From the IMG/VR virus record IMGVR_UViG_3300028591_000171, positions 1-64,000 of that record: DNA of 64,000 bases; one strand, written 5' to 3'. Below are positions 51,601-60,516 of the stretch, in pieces. Below the pieces are notes generated by a model. The model was not told the origin of the DNA. It did not search any database and was given only the letters and a program-made list of their open reading frames with translations. The translations under genes and the position numbers were made by a program. Each line of letters opens with the position of its first letter. The first letter of the stretch is position 1. Origin of the DNA: a virus (lineage: Duplodnaviria > Caudoviricetes).

Positions 51601-54600
51601 TGAGCCTGTATAGAGCCGCATCCTTCGCGGCGTCTGCCGAAGCTCCCACATATTTTCCTATCTCGGCGCTGATTAACTTGTTATCCATATCGTTAATAGC
51701 GTCAAGTGTCACAGCGCCGCTAATTCTTTTCTCTGTTTGATGCTCGGGGTCTGAGTCATTTATGACTTTGAACGATTCTGTCACTGATTTGTCACTGCCC
51801 TCTTTGAATAACAGGCGTGTCGTGTTCTCTATCCTGCCAGAGGATACGCCTTCGTCATTATATACGGATATGAACGCGTGGGCTGTGACACCGACAGCGG
51901 CTATACCTATCATCTTGCTGGCATCCATATTCTGTTTCCTCAACAAAACGTCTGTTTTGGGGTCCATAAGATCCATATCCTCGACATCCTCGCATGCCGA
52001 TTTGAGCCGTGATTTGCTCATCCCATCAAGGATGTCCTTGTCGTATCCGTTCGCAAGAAGAGTAACGTAATACGACATCGCGCTCAAGTCATCAAAATCG
52101 CCAGGACGGAATCCCTCAAGTATTCCTGAGTTTGAGCCTAAAGCAGCCCATTGCAGGTCGAATATCTCCTTATCAACATCATAATCATCAGAACCATCGA
52201 TAGGTCTCAATTCGACAAAATCAGTATCTATATCAAAGTCGGCTCCAGTGAACAGAGTTAGCTCTTTAGGATACTTGGCAACGCTTCCGGCCCATGATGG
52301 GGTGAATCTCTTGATGCGGCATTTCATTATGGAGTATTTCATCTCCGTAGGGATACGGTAACAGATAGCGTCGAATGCGGAGTCTGGTACGACCTTATGG
52401 ATCTCATCCATGTTCCAAGTCCCGTCGCTATTGAGGAACCTGTCGACACCTCCATCCGCCCTCTCGAGCATCCGAAGCACATAGTCAGGCATAGGAGCCT
52501 CTATCTCGAAATATTGATAGTTGCCGTCATTGTCAAATACTATACGTAGGTCGTCGGCGCTGGCCCATGACGTCGCCTGCACCACAACGCCGCCATTTGT
52601 TTTCTCCTTATAGTATGATTTTCTTATCTTCGAGTAGAGCATTGCCTCGACAGAAAGCTGCTGGCTCGGATCGTCAAGAGGGAGGACAAACTGGTCGACA
52701 CCATCCCTGTTCACTATTGATATCGAACGTCTCATATCAGACGTGAATCGCTGGTCTGACGCCATCGCAGACTTTAAAGTGTATGACAATCTGTGTATCC
52801 TGCTCGAATGCGGCATGTTAAGCCCGAGACTCCTCCTGAACTCTTTTTCGGAATTCATTGTCTTTTTGCTCAGCGCTTTGAAATACCTGTTTTTCAGTTC
52901 TTTGCCTGTTATCTTTTTACCATTAGGCATCACGCAGGTCTCGTCATCCTTGATGTTGTTGACGCATAGGATTTTCATTTGGGCGCCAAGTGGCTGCGCG
53001 TTATGTTTGAAGTGCTCAGGTTTCTCCTGTACTATCTTATAATCCTCTACATCATATTCAGTGACAGCTACTGGATTATCAGCGCGTCTAACCTTCTTGC
53101 CATCTTTAAGCACATAATTCCCGTTCTTGTCAGTCACATATAATGCCTCACGTAGAGCCTTTAATGTATCTTCAGCCGATAGCCCTTCGAGTTCTATCGC
53201 GTCATCATTCCCGCCGATCTTTACGGCTGAGTCGAAATTAGCGGTATCAATCCCTGTCAATTCATTATCCTCAGCTGTCTCCTCCAGGAATTTGGCTATC
53301 GCCTCAGCCTGTGAGCCAAGTTTCCCTTTTTGCTGGAACGCCGTTATGTATATCAGGGCATATTCTGAGTTCTTATGTTGCACAGGAACAGTTATCTGTC
53401 CGTCACCACGACCAGCCCTGTTCATGTTGACCATTGAATAGACGAAAGGCTTTTGTGGCTGACCGAACACATGGAGATAGTCGTATATGTCGAGTTGTTT
53501 ATTATTCTTTATCCTCTGATAGACAGCCTCGTCAGTATATATTTTAACTTCCTTCCCGTTTATTGTCGTGACACCATTGATGTCCTCGTCTCTTGAGTTT
53601 GACCTCGTCCATTTCCCCAGGCCAACCATTCTCTTGCGCAACCCTGTCAATCCTGTGAAAGCCTGTCCATCGGTAGCGTCAAATTTGGTGAGCGACTTCA
53701 GCGTGTTATCGACGGCCTTCTCCAAGACCGCTCTTTCGTTGTTGTCCGTTATTTTTTCGAGTTGCTTCCTGAGCGCTGATTCTATAGCGTCGTATGACGG
53801 GGCTTTTATTTTCTTTGTCCTTATTGTTATTGACCTGTATTTCCCGTCAGTCACTCTCGAGCCATGTATTTTAGCTGTCGGGTCTATGGGATATCCTGCG
53901 GATACGACCTGCGCGTTACGTTTCTGGAAGTTGGTGGTGTTCTTATAGAACGCCAGGTCAACATCGAATATTTCCGACATATTGGCTTTAGCCAGCCAGT
54001 TATTGTAAACGAATTCCTCGATGTCATTCTGGAAATTCGCGAGTTCCATATAATATCTGTGAACTCTCGTGTCTTTGCCGTAAGTCTCGTCGGTGTATCC
54101 GTCTTTCAGAGCCATCTGTTTGGCTGCCTCAGAGCTGAATTCATATAACCTCTTCGTATAACCTATATCACCGCTGTGCCATTCCATCATATTGCCTATG
54201 AGGTATTTCAGCGTATCAATCTTGATGTTGCCATTATCGCCGGCGTTAATCGTCTTCTTCTCATAGGCTCCGATGCTCTTCATGTAATCAGAGAATTTGT
54301 CACGCAACTCTGACATGTAGTCATGGAACACCTTTTTGTATTCAGAACTGGCCTTGGGCGTTATCACTCGTACAGGTTTGGTTGACAGATGAGAGTTGAA
54401 GATTCTGTCAACAACATATTTCCCCAATTCCGAACCTTTCTCTATCTCGTTGTTGATAAACTTGCTCATGAAGAACGAGGCTCCGGTGTTGCGGAATATA
54501 TATTTACCGTCTTTCACAACATCGTTGATTGAGACTTTCTTCTTGTCTCTCATCTTATTGATGACAGCCTCTTTCTCCGGGGTGTTTATTTCTATATCGT

Positions 54601-57088
54601 AATTGTCTACTCTCGTGCCGGTTCCAAACGCCGCGAATCTAGCTACATTCTCGGCTCTTCTTATCTCTTGTGAGAAGAAATCAACGGCCTTATCTGCTAT
54701 TATGACATGATAATTATCTTTAGCCCAACTGACAGAACCGTCAATATCCTCAATATTGTTATTTGAATATCTTCTACCGCGAATGAGTGAGTTCCTTGGT
54801 TTGTCTGACGCTATCAACGATCTGTACCAAGCCGTCCCAGGCATCTCGCCAGCCTGGTTGTGATAGTCGTTCATTATGCTCAACGCATAAGTCAGGTCGG
54901 ATAATTCAGTGTAATCCTTCCCATTTACTATTGGCTGCTCGGCGTATTCTATGATATTGCCGTTATTATGGTATATATCCTCAAGCCAATCCGAGTAGAA
55001 ATGTATGTCTTTATCAGCTTTATCCTCATTCGGTTTAATGAACCACAGCGTATCCTTGCCGTATTTGCTTTCTATATACTCACGCACTTTTTGCCTGTCG
55101 GTGTTTTTCAGTCTTGATATTATCGTGCCGATTGATGACGGGTTATTTCTCGAATAATATGATTTCCCGTTCATGTAGGCGGCGGACTCCTGCGAGTCGG
55201 TATCAACTGATGTTATCAGGTTTATCAGGTTTGAATATCCGTTTACTATTTTCCTGGTATATTGCCTTGTCGAGGCGTCTTTCCTCATAGACATGGGGTT
55301 GGTTACGGGAGTGTCCGGTATAGAACCATCCTCAATCGCGTCGCCCCATTCTATAAGTGATCTCATGATTGAATCAGCTTCCCTCTGTAATTTGAGTATC
55401 TGATTCCCAATAATGGTTGTGTTGTTCAGCCTTGTTTGGTTGTCATGTTTAGTGTTGTCATAATTACCAGTCCTTGAATACGCGTGTATCGCAGTCTTTG
55501 ACATATCAATGCCTAAAGCCTTTAATATGTTTGACAACTTTTTGGTGGCGTCTTCTATCAACTTGTTCACCTCCTCAGCTGACGCGCCGCTATTTGCCAT
55601 GCCTAACGCGTTCCTTACTATACCTTCAACCGACTTGTCGTCTTGACGTATTCTACCGACGGGGGAGGATAATTGTTTTCTTAGCTGGCGTATATTATCG
55701 AAACTGATAGCTGTATTCTCGAACATCGGCCCAGACATGCTTGCGAACATGCTCCTGACCTTGTTCATCATCCTGTCATATTTCCCTCCTGTATTGGCGT
55801 CCCTGTTTTTGAAACACATGTCACCATTATTGGCGGATGTGTATGTCGTCCTGAATCTTGTGAACGGTTTGTAAACAGACTGGAAGAACAATGTTCTCAA
55901 TTGCTCTTTTCTGTCAGAGGACATGTCGACGCCATTCATGTCAAGCGCGTCATTCGTGTCAAGCATCTGGATAATCTGGGTCATCCATGGGTAGACCTCT
56001 TGCTTGCTTCTGATAGCGTTAAAAACCTCGTCAGAGTTGGCACAATTGTCACATATCTTATGCAGGATATTCAAGGCCTTTGACACTGATATGTATGTCG
56101 GCAACCCGAACCCGAACTGGTCAGTCCTGAAATTCCCGTTGCTGTCTATATCCCTGCAATTAGCGAGGAGTATTTTTACCTCGGGGACTATTTTGGAATA
56201 CACCGATTTGTTCTGGTCGGACACGCTGAACAGACTGACAGGCATTGTCTCCTTCTCGACGTCATCGTCATCCTCAGGCCCATCATTCTCGTCATCTGTG
56301 TCATTCCTTTCAGCGGATGTTGATGTGGACCCGCTTGCCTCGCTTGTCTCATTAGGGTTCACTTTTATTCCCTCGTCTCTGAAAAGATTACCACCGTACA
56401 TGTAAATCATGGTACGGAAATTATTTATGGCGGTCTTTAATTCTGATGCCAAGTCAGAATTACCATCTTTCTCAAGTTCGGCGATCCTGTCCTTGAATTC
56501 CTCTACTATAGTCGAGATTATATATCTGTTGGCTTTAGGGTCATTGTAGTATAAAGCCCTGCTGTTTTGCTTGGATATACCATTCTCGTATCGCTCGTTT
56601 CGGTCCGTGTCTAATATTGTTATAAGCTCAGATATCCTGCGGCACATATACTGTCCGAGGAATTCCATTCTTTTAGGGCTCTTAAACCCCTTAAGCAGTG
56701 ACGCTATTTTAACTGACGATATCTTGCTCAGGTTGACAACATCCTTAATGTCGTCTTTATAGTCAATCAGATCACTCACAATCTCGTCATTGACGTCGCG
56801 CTCCAAAATCTCTCGCAAGTCATCTTTTATATCCGCGAGCTTTGAACCTCCTATATACCCGAATATGTCTGATGATTTTATCAGCTGTTCTGTATATGTT
56901 TTTAACGCGTCATTAAACTCTTGATATGACTCAAGATCATCCACTGTCATCTTATCGTAATCGAGAGCGTTATTATTGCTCTTTGCGATATTTAGGATAT
57001 TCCTTGCCTCTTTGTCGGATATCCTATACTTTTTTGCCACTTGCTTAGCGAGCGGATGGAACGTAGGAATGCACCACTTTTTTGTCAT
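48677..57088 (-). CDS. Virion-packaged DNA-dependent RNA polymerase (crAss-like)
   Basis: 2803 aa; catalytic-type motif GADFDID and RIPTE upstream, as in the phi14:2 gp66 family. Confidence 0.85.
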   Translation of the reverse strand: MTKKWCIPTFHPLAKQVAKKYRISDKEARNILNIAKSNNNALDYDKMTVDDLESYQEFNDALKTYTEQLIKSSDIFGYIGGSKLADIKDDLREILERDVNDEIVSDLIDYKDDIKDVVNLSKISSVKIASLLKGFKSPKRMEFLGQYMCRRISELITILDTDRNERYENGISKQNSRALYYNDPKANRYIISTIVEEFKDRIAELEKDGNSDLASELKTAINNFRTMIYMYGGNLFRDEGIKVNPNETSEASGSTSTSAERNDTDDENDGPEDDDDVEKETMPVSLFSVSDQNKSVYSKIVPEVKILLANCRDIDSNGNFRTDQFGFGLPTYISVSKALNILHKICDNCANSDEVFNAIRSKQEVYPWMTQIIQMLDTNDALDMNGVDMSSDRKEQLRTLFFQSVYKPFTRFRTTYTSANNGDMCFKNRDANTGGKYDRMMNKVRSMFASMSGPMFENTAISFDNIRQLRKQLSSPVGRIRQDDKSVEGIVRNALGMANSGASAEEVNKLIEDATKKLSNILKALGIDMSKTAIHAYSRTGNYDNTKHDNQTRLNNTTIIGNQILKLQREADSIMRSLIEWGDAIEDGSIPDTPVTNPMSMRKDASTRQYTRKIVNGYSNLINLITSVDTDSQESAAYMNGKSYYSRNNPSSIGTIISRLKNTDRQKVREYIESKYGKDTLWFIKPNEDKADKDIHFYSDWLEDIYHNNGNIIEYAEQPIVNGKDYTELSDLTYALSIMNDYHNQAGEMPGTAWYRSLIASDKPRNSLIRGRRYSNNNIEDIDGSVSWAKDNYHVIIADKAVDFFSQEIRRAENVARFAAFGTGTRVDNYDIEINTPEKEAVINKMRDKKKVSINDVVKDGKYIFRNTGASFFMSKFINNEIEKGSELGKYVVDRIFNSHLSTKPVRVITPKASSEYKKVFHDYMSELRDKFSDYMKSIGAYEKKTINAGDNGNIKIDTLKYLIGNMMEWHSGDIGYTKRLYEFSSEAAKQMALKDGYTDETYGKDTRVHRYYMELANFQNDIEEFVYNNWLAKANMSEIFDVDLAFYKNTTNFQKRNAQVVSAGYPIDPTAKIHGSRVTDGKYRSITIRTKKIKAPSYDAIESALRKQLEKITDNNERAVLEKAVDNTLKSLTKFDATDGQAFTGLTGLRKRMVGLGKWTRSNSRDEDINGVTTINGKEVKIYTDEAVYQRIKNNKQLDIYDYLHVFGQPQKPFVYSMVNMNRAGRGDGQITVPVQHKNSEYALIYITAFQQKGKLGSQAEAIAKFLEETAEDNELTGIDTANFDSAVKIGGNDDAIELEGLSAEDTLKALREALYVTDKNGNYVLKDGKKVRRADNPVAVTEYDVEDYKIVQEKPEHFKHNAQPLGAQMKILCVNNIKDDETCVMPNGKKITGKELKNRYFKALSKKTMNSEKEFRRSLGLNMPHSSRIHRLSYTLKSAMASDQRFTSDMRRSISIVNRDGVDQFVLPLDDPSQQLSVEAMLYSKIRKSYYKEKTNGGVVVQATSWASADDLRIVFDNDGNYQYFEIEAPMPDYVLRMLERADGGVDRFLNSDGTWNMDEIHKVVPDSAFDAICYRIPTEMKYSIMKCRIKRFTPSWAGSVAKYPKELTLFTGADFDIDTDFVELRPIDGSDDYDVDKEIFDLQWAALGSNSGILEGFRPGDFDDLSAMSYYVTLLANGYDKDILDGMSKSRLKSACEDVEDMDLMDPKTDVLLRKQNMDASKMIGIAAVGVTAHAFISVYNDEGVSSGRIENTTRLLFKEGSDKSVTESFKVINDSDPEHQTEKRISGAVTLDAINDMDNKLISAEIGKYVGASADAAKDAALYRLNITQQSMPILILMHRLGISSDVARMFIAQPVVRRVMDKINISSAFGHGGMDSAIDDVLSELAETEKPDNMSWENWQTDFVAKINDVKHDQNITLRYSDLVRNISDPESQTLYDKLKILQVLDTLRGKEAKVRNLDSFARYNSMTAMKGSSFFDRLVARKKIERLVNNLNSENSTIKLPDNISISDEFTQDEFGKLCTMFPHVGRVILGEQEMTDQIILENMHTYNETFFEAARKLGILDSDTTGDNVDKLNTLYEGYKSYLLFLGENRIEDFTNPETVKFYTTDFEEYYTNTLDDIKKSDETFYNTVIKNNSFIQGIGHLDSKDGYRQFGMLKTDINYLRGPELEMFQKDWADLLRYPQTHDFVINITKHFLARSTSFSNTTPISVMPLAIKEAIPNYTRAFFDADKTSMSEKDMFELTALVCLNNSQRDKGIVPYFENKPKRQVVTFSQAEVEGGQTIVLEIDEKLGGKIKNWISGRENELTITMPVINVDGNFFLVNNTSVERVKKGDDYKLLVSVDMVDPMGIPNQMLEYVKLGDVYNGESLFANTGEQAPDPNLSSDETSAIEPMQDDAEESGFAAYLNSNVNDDTYSGTFISTNPYGDDNVEVPIPNALASDPLAYREPAFLESRRHLKRISKIASLFGMSDGQVERMVKDGKPTYSINLKPNGSAMDQHREAIKTAAIMDALSDKPINPVVKTYTSDIKECNAVEVVVKLNNKAYAQNKESVISAANKTHLEWEYNGNRQELRFFVDINPSDMTALRASMMNGIDTVKSSMGELSGAGLIKSDKVAANFIIKDNISDYDVYNVINSLSNGRENENEPDDGGQNPEDAERSGNRAWQPVRIGDIISIAKRKLHGEASKEEIAELFGERMYPLSGARESYRSYTLSDKVIDSMEEDVYDEIYDVMESDEKASINPASAMDNLIIQTANWILANRPTDALVDLMNRKGISSDSAESVINTIDNILNELDIC

Positions 57089-57106
57089 ATAACATTGATA
57101 TTTTCA

Positions 57107-57114
57107 CAAAAATA
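57107..57114 (-). promoter_or_regulatory. Bacteroidetes -7 promoter element for the RNA polymerase operon
   Basis: TATTTTTG on the - strand, 18 nt before the ATG. Confidence 0.55.
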
Positions 57115-57208
57115 CCAAGAAAAGGGAGTGGGATATTGAAGGTAACTGATACTGTTTTACGACAATAACAAAATGACTTTATGGTGATTCATGTTACTTG
57201 ACACGTGT

Positions 57209-57321
57209 TATCTTTGTATTGAGGGACAAATTCTTTCTCATGCTTATTGAATTTGGTTAAGAGTTTCATGATTAATTATGTGTTTGGGTAACGGGATGTC
57301 GTGAGATTTCCCGTTATTTTT
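57209..57321 (+). ncRNA. Candidate small RNA unit 1
   Basis: TATCTTTG at 57209-57216; hairpin TAACGGGA-tgtc-GTGA-gatt-TCCCGTTA at 57289-57316 followed by TTTTT; no + strand ORF. Confidence 0.35.
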
Positions 57322-57361
57322 ATTATCTTTATGTGTTGTTTAAGGTTTAATAATTCTTTCA

Positions 57362-57397
57362 ATAAAGGCTGAGAGTCGTGAGATTCCCAGCCTTTAT
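57362..57397 (+). terminator. GNRA-capped hairpin (unit 2)
   Basis: ATAAAGGCTG-a-gagtc-GTGA-gattc-c-CAGCCTTTAT. Confidence 0.6.
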
Positions 57398-57403
57398 CTA
57401 TTT

Positions 57404-57494
57404 AAAAAGCCCTTCCGGTATCTCTCGACACTGGAAGGGCTGTTGCAATTCAATGATAAAACTATTTTAAAAATGCTCGACCGTCACAAATATA
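57404..57494 (-). ncRNA. Candidate small RNA unit 3
   Basis: TATATTTG on the - strand at 57487-57494; hairpin 57408-57441 with GAGA loop followed by TTTTT on the - strand. Confidence 0.35.
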
Positions 57495-57544
57495 ATAAAA
57501 AGATATTGATTATCAAATATTGAAACAATTTTGTTATATTTGTG
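57485..57544. promoter_or_regulatory. Back-to-back divergent promoters forming an 11-bp inverted repeat
   Basis: CACAAATATAA (57485-57495) and TTATATTTGTG (57534-57544), each containing TATATTTG. Confidence 0.6.
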
Positions 57545-57559
57545 TCAAATCATATCGAT

Positions 57560-57880
57560 ATGGAAAAGTCAGAGAAAAAAATGTTGCTTTTCGTCGTGAT
57601 GTTCCTAGTCGCGGCGATGACGATTGGCGGTCTCGGAAACGCCGCCGTGGTTTACCAGAAGATCTACTGGATTCCATGTGTTATTAACATCTTCGTTTAC
57701 ATCTACATCCTTTACAAAATCTTCAAGGCTGGCGACAAGGCTGGTGTCGAGGAGACAAAGGAGACCGAGAAGCCGGAGACCGGAGGAGCTCCACTGCCTC
57801 CGACTGAGAACGAGAAGATCGACAATGTTGTCGAGACCGTCGTGAAGAAGCCGTCCAAGACAAAGAAGAAGAGCGAGTAA
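57560..57880 (+). CDS. Small membrane protein (two predicted TM segments, charged tail)
   Basis: Two hydrophobic stretches, then an E/K/P-rich tail; own promoter and terminator. Confidence 0.7.
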   Translation: MEKSEKKMLLFVVMFLVAAMTIGGLGNAAVVYQKIYWIPCVINIFVYIYILYKIFKAGDKAGVEETKETEKPETGGAPLPPTENEKIDNVVETVVKKPSKTKKKSE

Positions 57881-57904
57881 CCAAACGGAGTAACAAAATC
57901 AATT

Positions 57905-57940
57905 ACATGAGATAAGCTTATCGCTTTCTCATGTTTTTTT
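57905..57940 (+). terminator. Intrinsic terminator
   Basis: ACATGAGA-t-AAGC...GCTT-TCTCATGT plus a T run. Confidence 0.75.
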
Positions 57941-57975
57941 ATTTGTGTTCCTGTATAATTTTGTCTAAAAAGAAC

Positions 57976-58374
57976 ATGGATATGAATTTTGAAGCAATAA
58001 TGGGCTATGTCGTCACGGGTATCGGAGGACTGCTCGGTGGCGGAGGCATAATGGCTCTTTTCAATTGGAAAGAGAATAAGGGCAAGGCAAAGGAAGAGGT
58101 CAAGTCTGACGCGCTTGAGAATATAAGGAAGGAGGTTGAGGTATATCAGACAATAATTGCCGACCAGAACAAGAGGATCGCAGAATTGACACAAGAGGTC
58201 GATGCTTTGAGGAAGGAGAAACGGGAGGCTGAGATCGAACATCAGCGTCAAATCAGCAATCTCCAGAAACAGATTGTCGAGATCACAAAGGCTCTTGGAA
58301 TCAAGGCTAATGAGCGTATACGCGACGAGAAAACAGGCAGGTTCATAAAGGGTGAGAAATGTATCTCGTTCTGA
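57976..58374 (+). CDS. Putative holin (N-terminal TM, coiled coil)
   Basis: YVVTGIGGLLGGGGIMALF hydrophobic segment; first gene of the lysis cluster; TAATTTTG at 57956-57963. Confidence 0.55.
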   Translation: MDMNFEAIMGYVVTGIGGLLGGGGIMALFNWKENKGKAKEEVKSDALENIRKEVEVYQTIIADQNKRIAELTQEVDALRKEKREAEIEHQRQISNLQKQIVEITKALGIKANERIRDEKTGRFIKGEKCISF

Positions 58375-58841
58375 CAAGGATATACAAGTGTGACCAGTAC
58401 ACGATAGGTCGCCTGTATCTTGAGAAGAACGGGCAGATGACCTACCTGTGCGACACTCTCGAGGATCGTGACAGGGGACTTAAGCTCAAGTGGCCTTTGT
58501 CCCAGATTTTGGCTGTCAAGGTTCCTGGCGAGACGGCTTTGCCTCTTGGCTCATATAAGATAATAAAAACCATATCACCGAAATTCAAATACCGTGTTTG
58601 GGGCAAGAAATATGGCGGATATGTACCGGAGATAACACCAGTATCAGGTTATTCGGGATTCTCTGCGACCCGTCTACATCCAGCGAACCGGGCCTCTGAG
58701 ATCGAGGGTTGTGTTGCTATTGGGAAGAACACGATAAAGGGTCAGGTGACACAGTCCCAGAAGACATACTACGACATCATGGACAAGTACATAGTCCCAG
58801 CATGGGACAATGGTGAGCCAATCTACCTCACTATAAAATGA
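58359..58841 (+). CDS. DUF5675-like putative endolysin
   Basis: LTRI...YTIG.LY...CDTLED.DR, GETA.P.G.Y, SPKF and RLHPAN...EGC..IG motifs. Confidence 0.7.
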   Translation: MYLVLTRIYKCDQYTIGRLYLEKNGQMTYLCDTLEDRDRGLKLKWPLSQILAVKVPGETALPLGSYKIIKTISPKFKYRVWGKKYGGYVPEITPVSGYSGFSATRLHPANRASEIEGCVAIGKNTIKGQVTQSQKTYYDIMDKYIVPAWDNGEPIYLTIK

Positions 58842-59176
58842 TAGTTCTTAAGAGCAGTATATTCCCCTTGGGCAAGTTCTCCGCGATCAATCTCTTCGGT
58901 ATCGTGATACTCAAGAAGAAATCTGTCGAGAGGAAATCAGTGCAGTCAATCATCAGGCTTTTGAGGCACGAGGCGATACACACGGAGCAGATGAAAGAGC
59001 TGTTGTTCATCGGATTCTATATCATTTATGTTCTCGAGTGGTTATACAGGCTCGTCTTCCACACGAAAACAGCTTACAAAGGATTGTCATTTGAGGTTGA
59101 GGCGATATCCAATCAGGGAACTTTAGGTTATCTCACAAGCAGGAGACATTTCGCGCAATGGAGAAGAAAAGTCTGA
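58838..59176 (+). CDS. HExxH-motif membrane-associated protein
   Basis: LLRHEAIHTEQMKELLFIGFYIIYVLEWL. Confidence 0.6.
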   Translation: MIVLKSSIFPLGKFSAINLFGIVILKKKSVERKSVQSIIRLLRHEAIHTEQMKELLFIGFYIIYVLEWLYRLVFHTKTAYKGLSFEVEAISNQGTLGYLTSRRHFAQWRRKV

Positions 59177-59679
59177 TACTTGGCTCTGTCCTGACCATCG
59201 TCTGTCTGGCTCTTGTTTTCTCGCTCGGTTTCATCACCGGCAATTCATTTGCGCCTGAGCCGGAGATAATAACAAAGCGTGACACGACAACCATATTCGT
59301 TCCTGTAGAGGTTGAGAAGCCCGTGCCCAAGTATATAACAAAGTACAAGACTGACACGATTGAGTTCCGTTACACGGAGATAAGGCATGACACAGTGAAA
59401 GCTCTTGTTCCGATGGAGAGACGTGTTTATGCTGAGGACTCATTGTATCGGGCTGTCGTCACAGGTTATAACCCTGTGCTTGAATCGCTCACAATCTATC
59501 CGACAATAACGACAATCACCATACATGACAAGGTAAAGACTCAGGCTCCGAGATTCTCATTCGGAGTCACTTTAGGGCCGTCAATGTTGGTCACGCCGTC
59601 TGGTGACGTGCACGCTGGAGCCGGTGTCACTGTGGGATTGCAATACAGGTTTAGGATATGGCAGAGAAGAGAAGACTGA
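59158..59679 (+). CDS. Putative spanin-like protein
   Basis: N-terminal TM, DTT/DTI repeats, C-terminal beta-strands (AGVTVGLQY); lysis-cluster position. Confidence 0.55.
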   Translation: MEKKSLILGSVLTIVCLALVFSLGFITGNSFAPEPEIITKRDTTTIFVPVEVEKPVPKYITKYKTDTIEFRYTEIRHDTVKALVPMERRVYAEDSLYRAVVTGYNPVLESLTIYPTITTITIHDKVKTQAPRFSFGVTLGPSMLVTPSGDVHAGAGVTVGLQYRFRIWQRRED

Positions 59680-59804
59680 CAATCAAATCACTGTTCGATA
59701 GGATAGTTGACAGACCTAAGCCTTCGGCTCCGAGAGCCGGGTTCAAGGCGAGCGGATCAAGGTATGACAAGGGCGGAAAGCTTAAAGGGAAAAAGACCGT
59801 ATAG
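59658..59804 (+). CDS. Small basic protein (48 aa), not in the ORF track
   Basis: MAEKRRLTIKSLFDRIVDRPKPSAPRAGFKASGSRYDKGGKLKGKKTV*, read manually. Confidence 0.5.
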   Translation: MAEKRRLTIKSLFDRIVDRPKPSAPRAGFKASGSRYDKGGKLKGKKTV

Positions 59805-60156
59805 GCTGATGCTGGTGACGCTGAAGGTGATACCGATGCTTTTGGCGTTATCGGCTATGACCGGCATGTTCCTGGATTTTCTCGGGATTGACAGTTCCGT
59901 GCTCTCTTTTGTCGGAGGTGTGTCGTTGTTCCCGCTGCTTTTCCTTTATCTGGCCTCTTATGTTTTTTGTTTCTGCGAGTATCACAGGATGTTCCTCCAT
60001 TATGTCGTGGCGAACAACCTGCTGACATATGCGGATTATTATATAGGAATCCCGATAAACGACAGGAGCCTTTTCATGGTCCATATCATTCTTATCGGGA
60101 TATTCCTTTTCCTCGTGTTGTATTTCTATAGGACTGAGAGATGTTGCGGACAATAA
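59764..60156 (+). CDS. Multi-pass membrane protein
   Basis: Three to four hydrophobic segments; ATG at 59764 preferred over TTG at 59707. Confidence 0.65.
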   Translation: MTRAESLKGKRPYRLMLVTLKVIPMLLALSAMTGMFLDFLGIDSSVLSFVGGVSLFPLLFLYLASYVFCFCEYHRMFLHYVVANNLLTYADYYIGIPINDRSLFMVHIILIGIFLFLVLYFYRTERCCGQ

Positions 60157-60434
60157 GGAGACTGCTTCTCGATATTGTCGACGACATAGACGCCGGCAAC
60201 TCCAACATGAGCGAGGATGAGGAGATGGAGCTTATCCGTGTCCTTAAGGAACTCTCCAGGAAGGACAGGCCCATGAGCAAGTATCAGGCTTACACCTATC
60301 TCAATGTCAGCAGGGCGACCTTTGACAATATGATAAGGGACGGAAGGTTGCCCAAAGGAAAGAAGGTCGCCGGCTTCAAGGAGCTGATGTGGTTCGAGAA
60401 AGACTTGAAGGATATCGCCGGTAAGAGCAAGTGA
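60141..60434 (+). CDS. HTH DNA-binding protein (AlpA/excisionase-like C-terminus)
   Basis: SKYQAYTYLNVSRATFDNMIRDGRLP...W pattern. Confidence 0.65.
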   Translation: MLRTIRRLLLDIVDDIDAGNSNMSEDEEMELIRVLKELSRKDRPMSKYQAYTYLNVSRATFDNMIRDGRLPKGKKVAGFKELMWFEKDLKDIAGKSK

Positions 60435-60516
60435 TTGTGTCTCCCGGTGTAACTGAATCGCTTACAAGTGTGATATGAGTTCTGATTTTACATACTTTTA
60501 CCCAAAATATATTGTT

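Noticed and set aside
57090-57545. CRISPR array
   Set aside because: The hairpins share only a 10-nt core, differ in orientation and lack regular repeat-spacer periodicity.
57712-58377. 221-aa - strand ORF
   Set aside because: It overlaps two better-supported + strand genes and a terminator.
60449-60465. GTAACTGAATCGCTTAC, a partial match to the right cassette site
   Set aside because: Only TAACTGA is shared; likely chance in AT-rich intergenic DNA.
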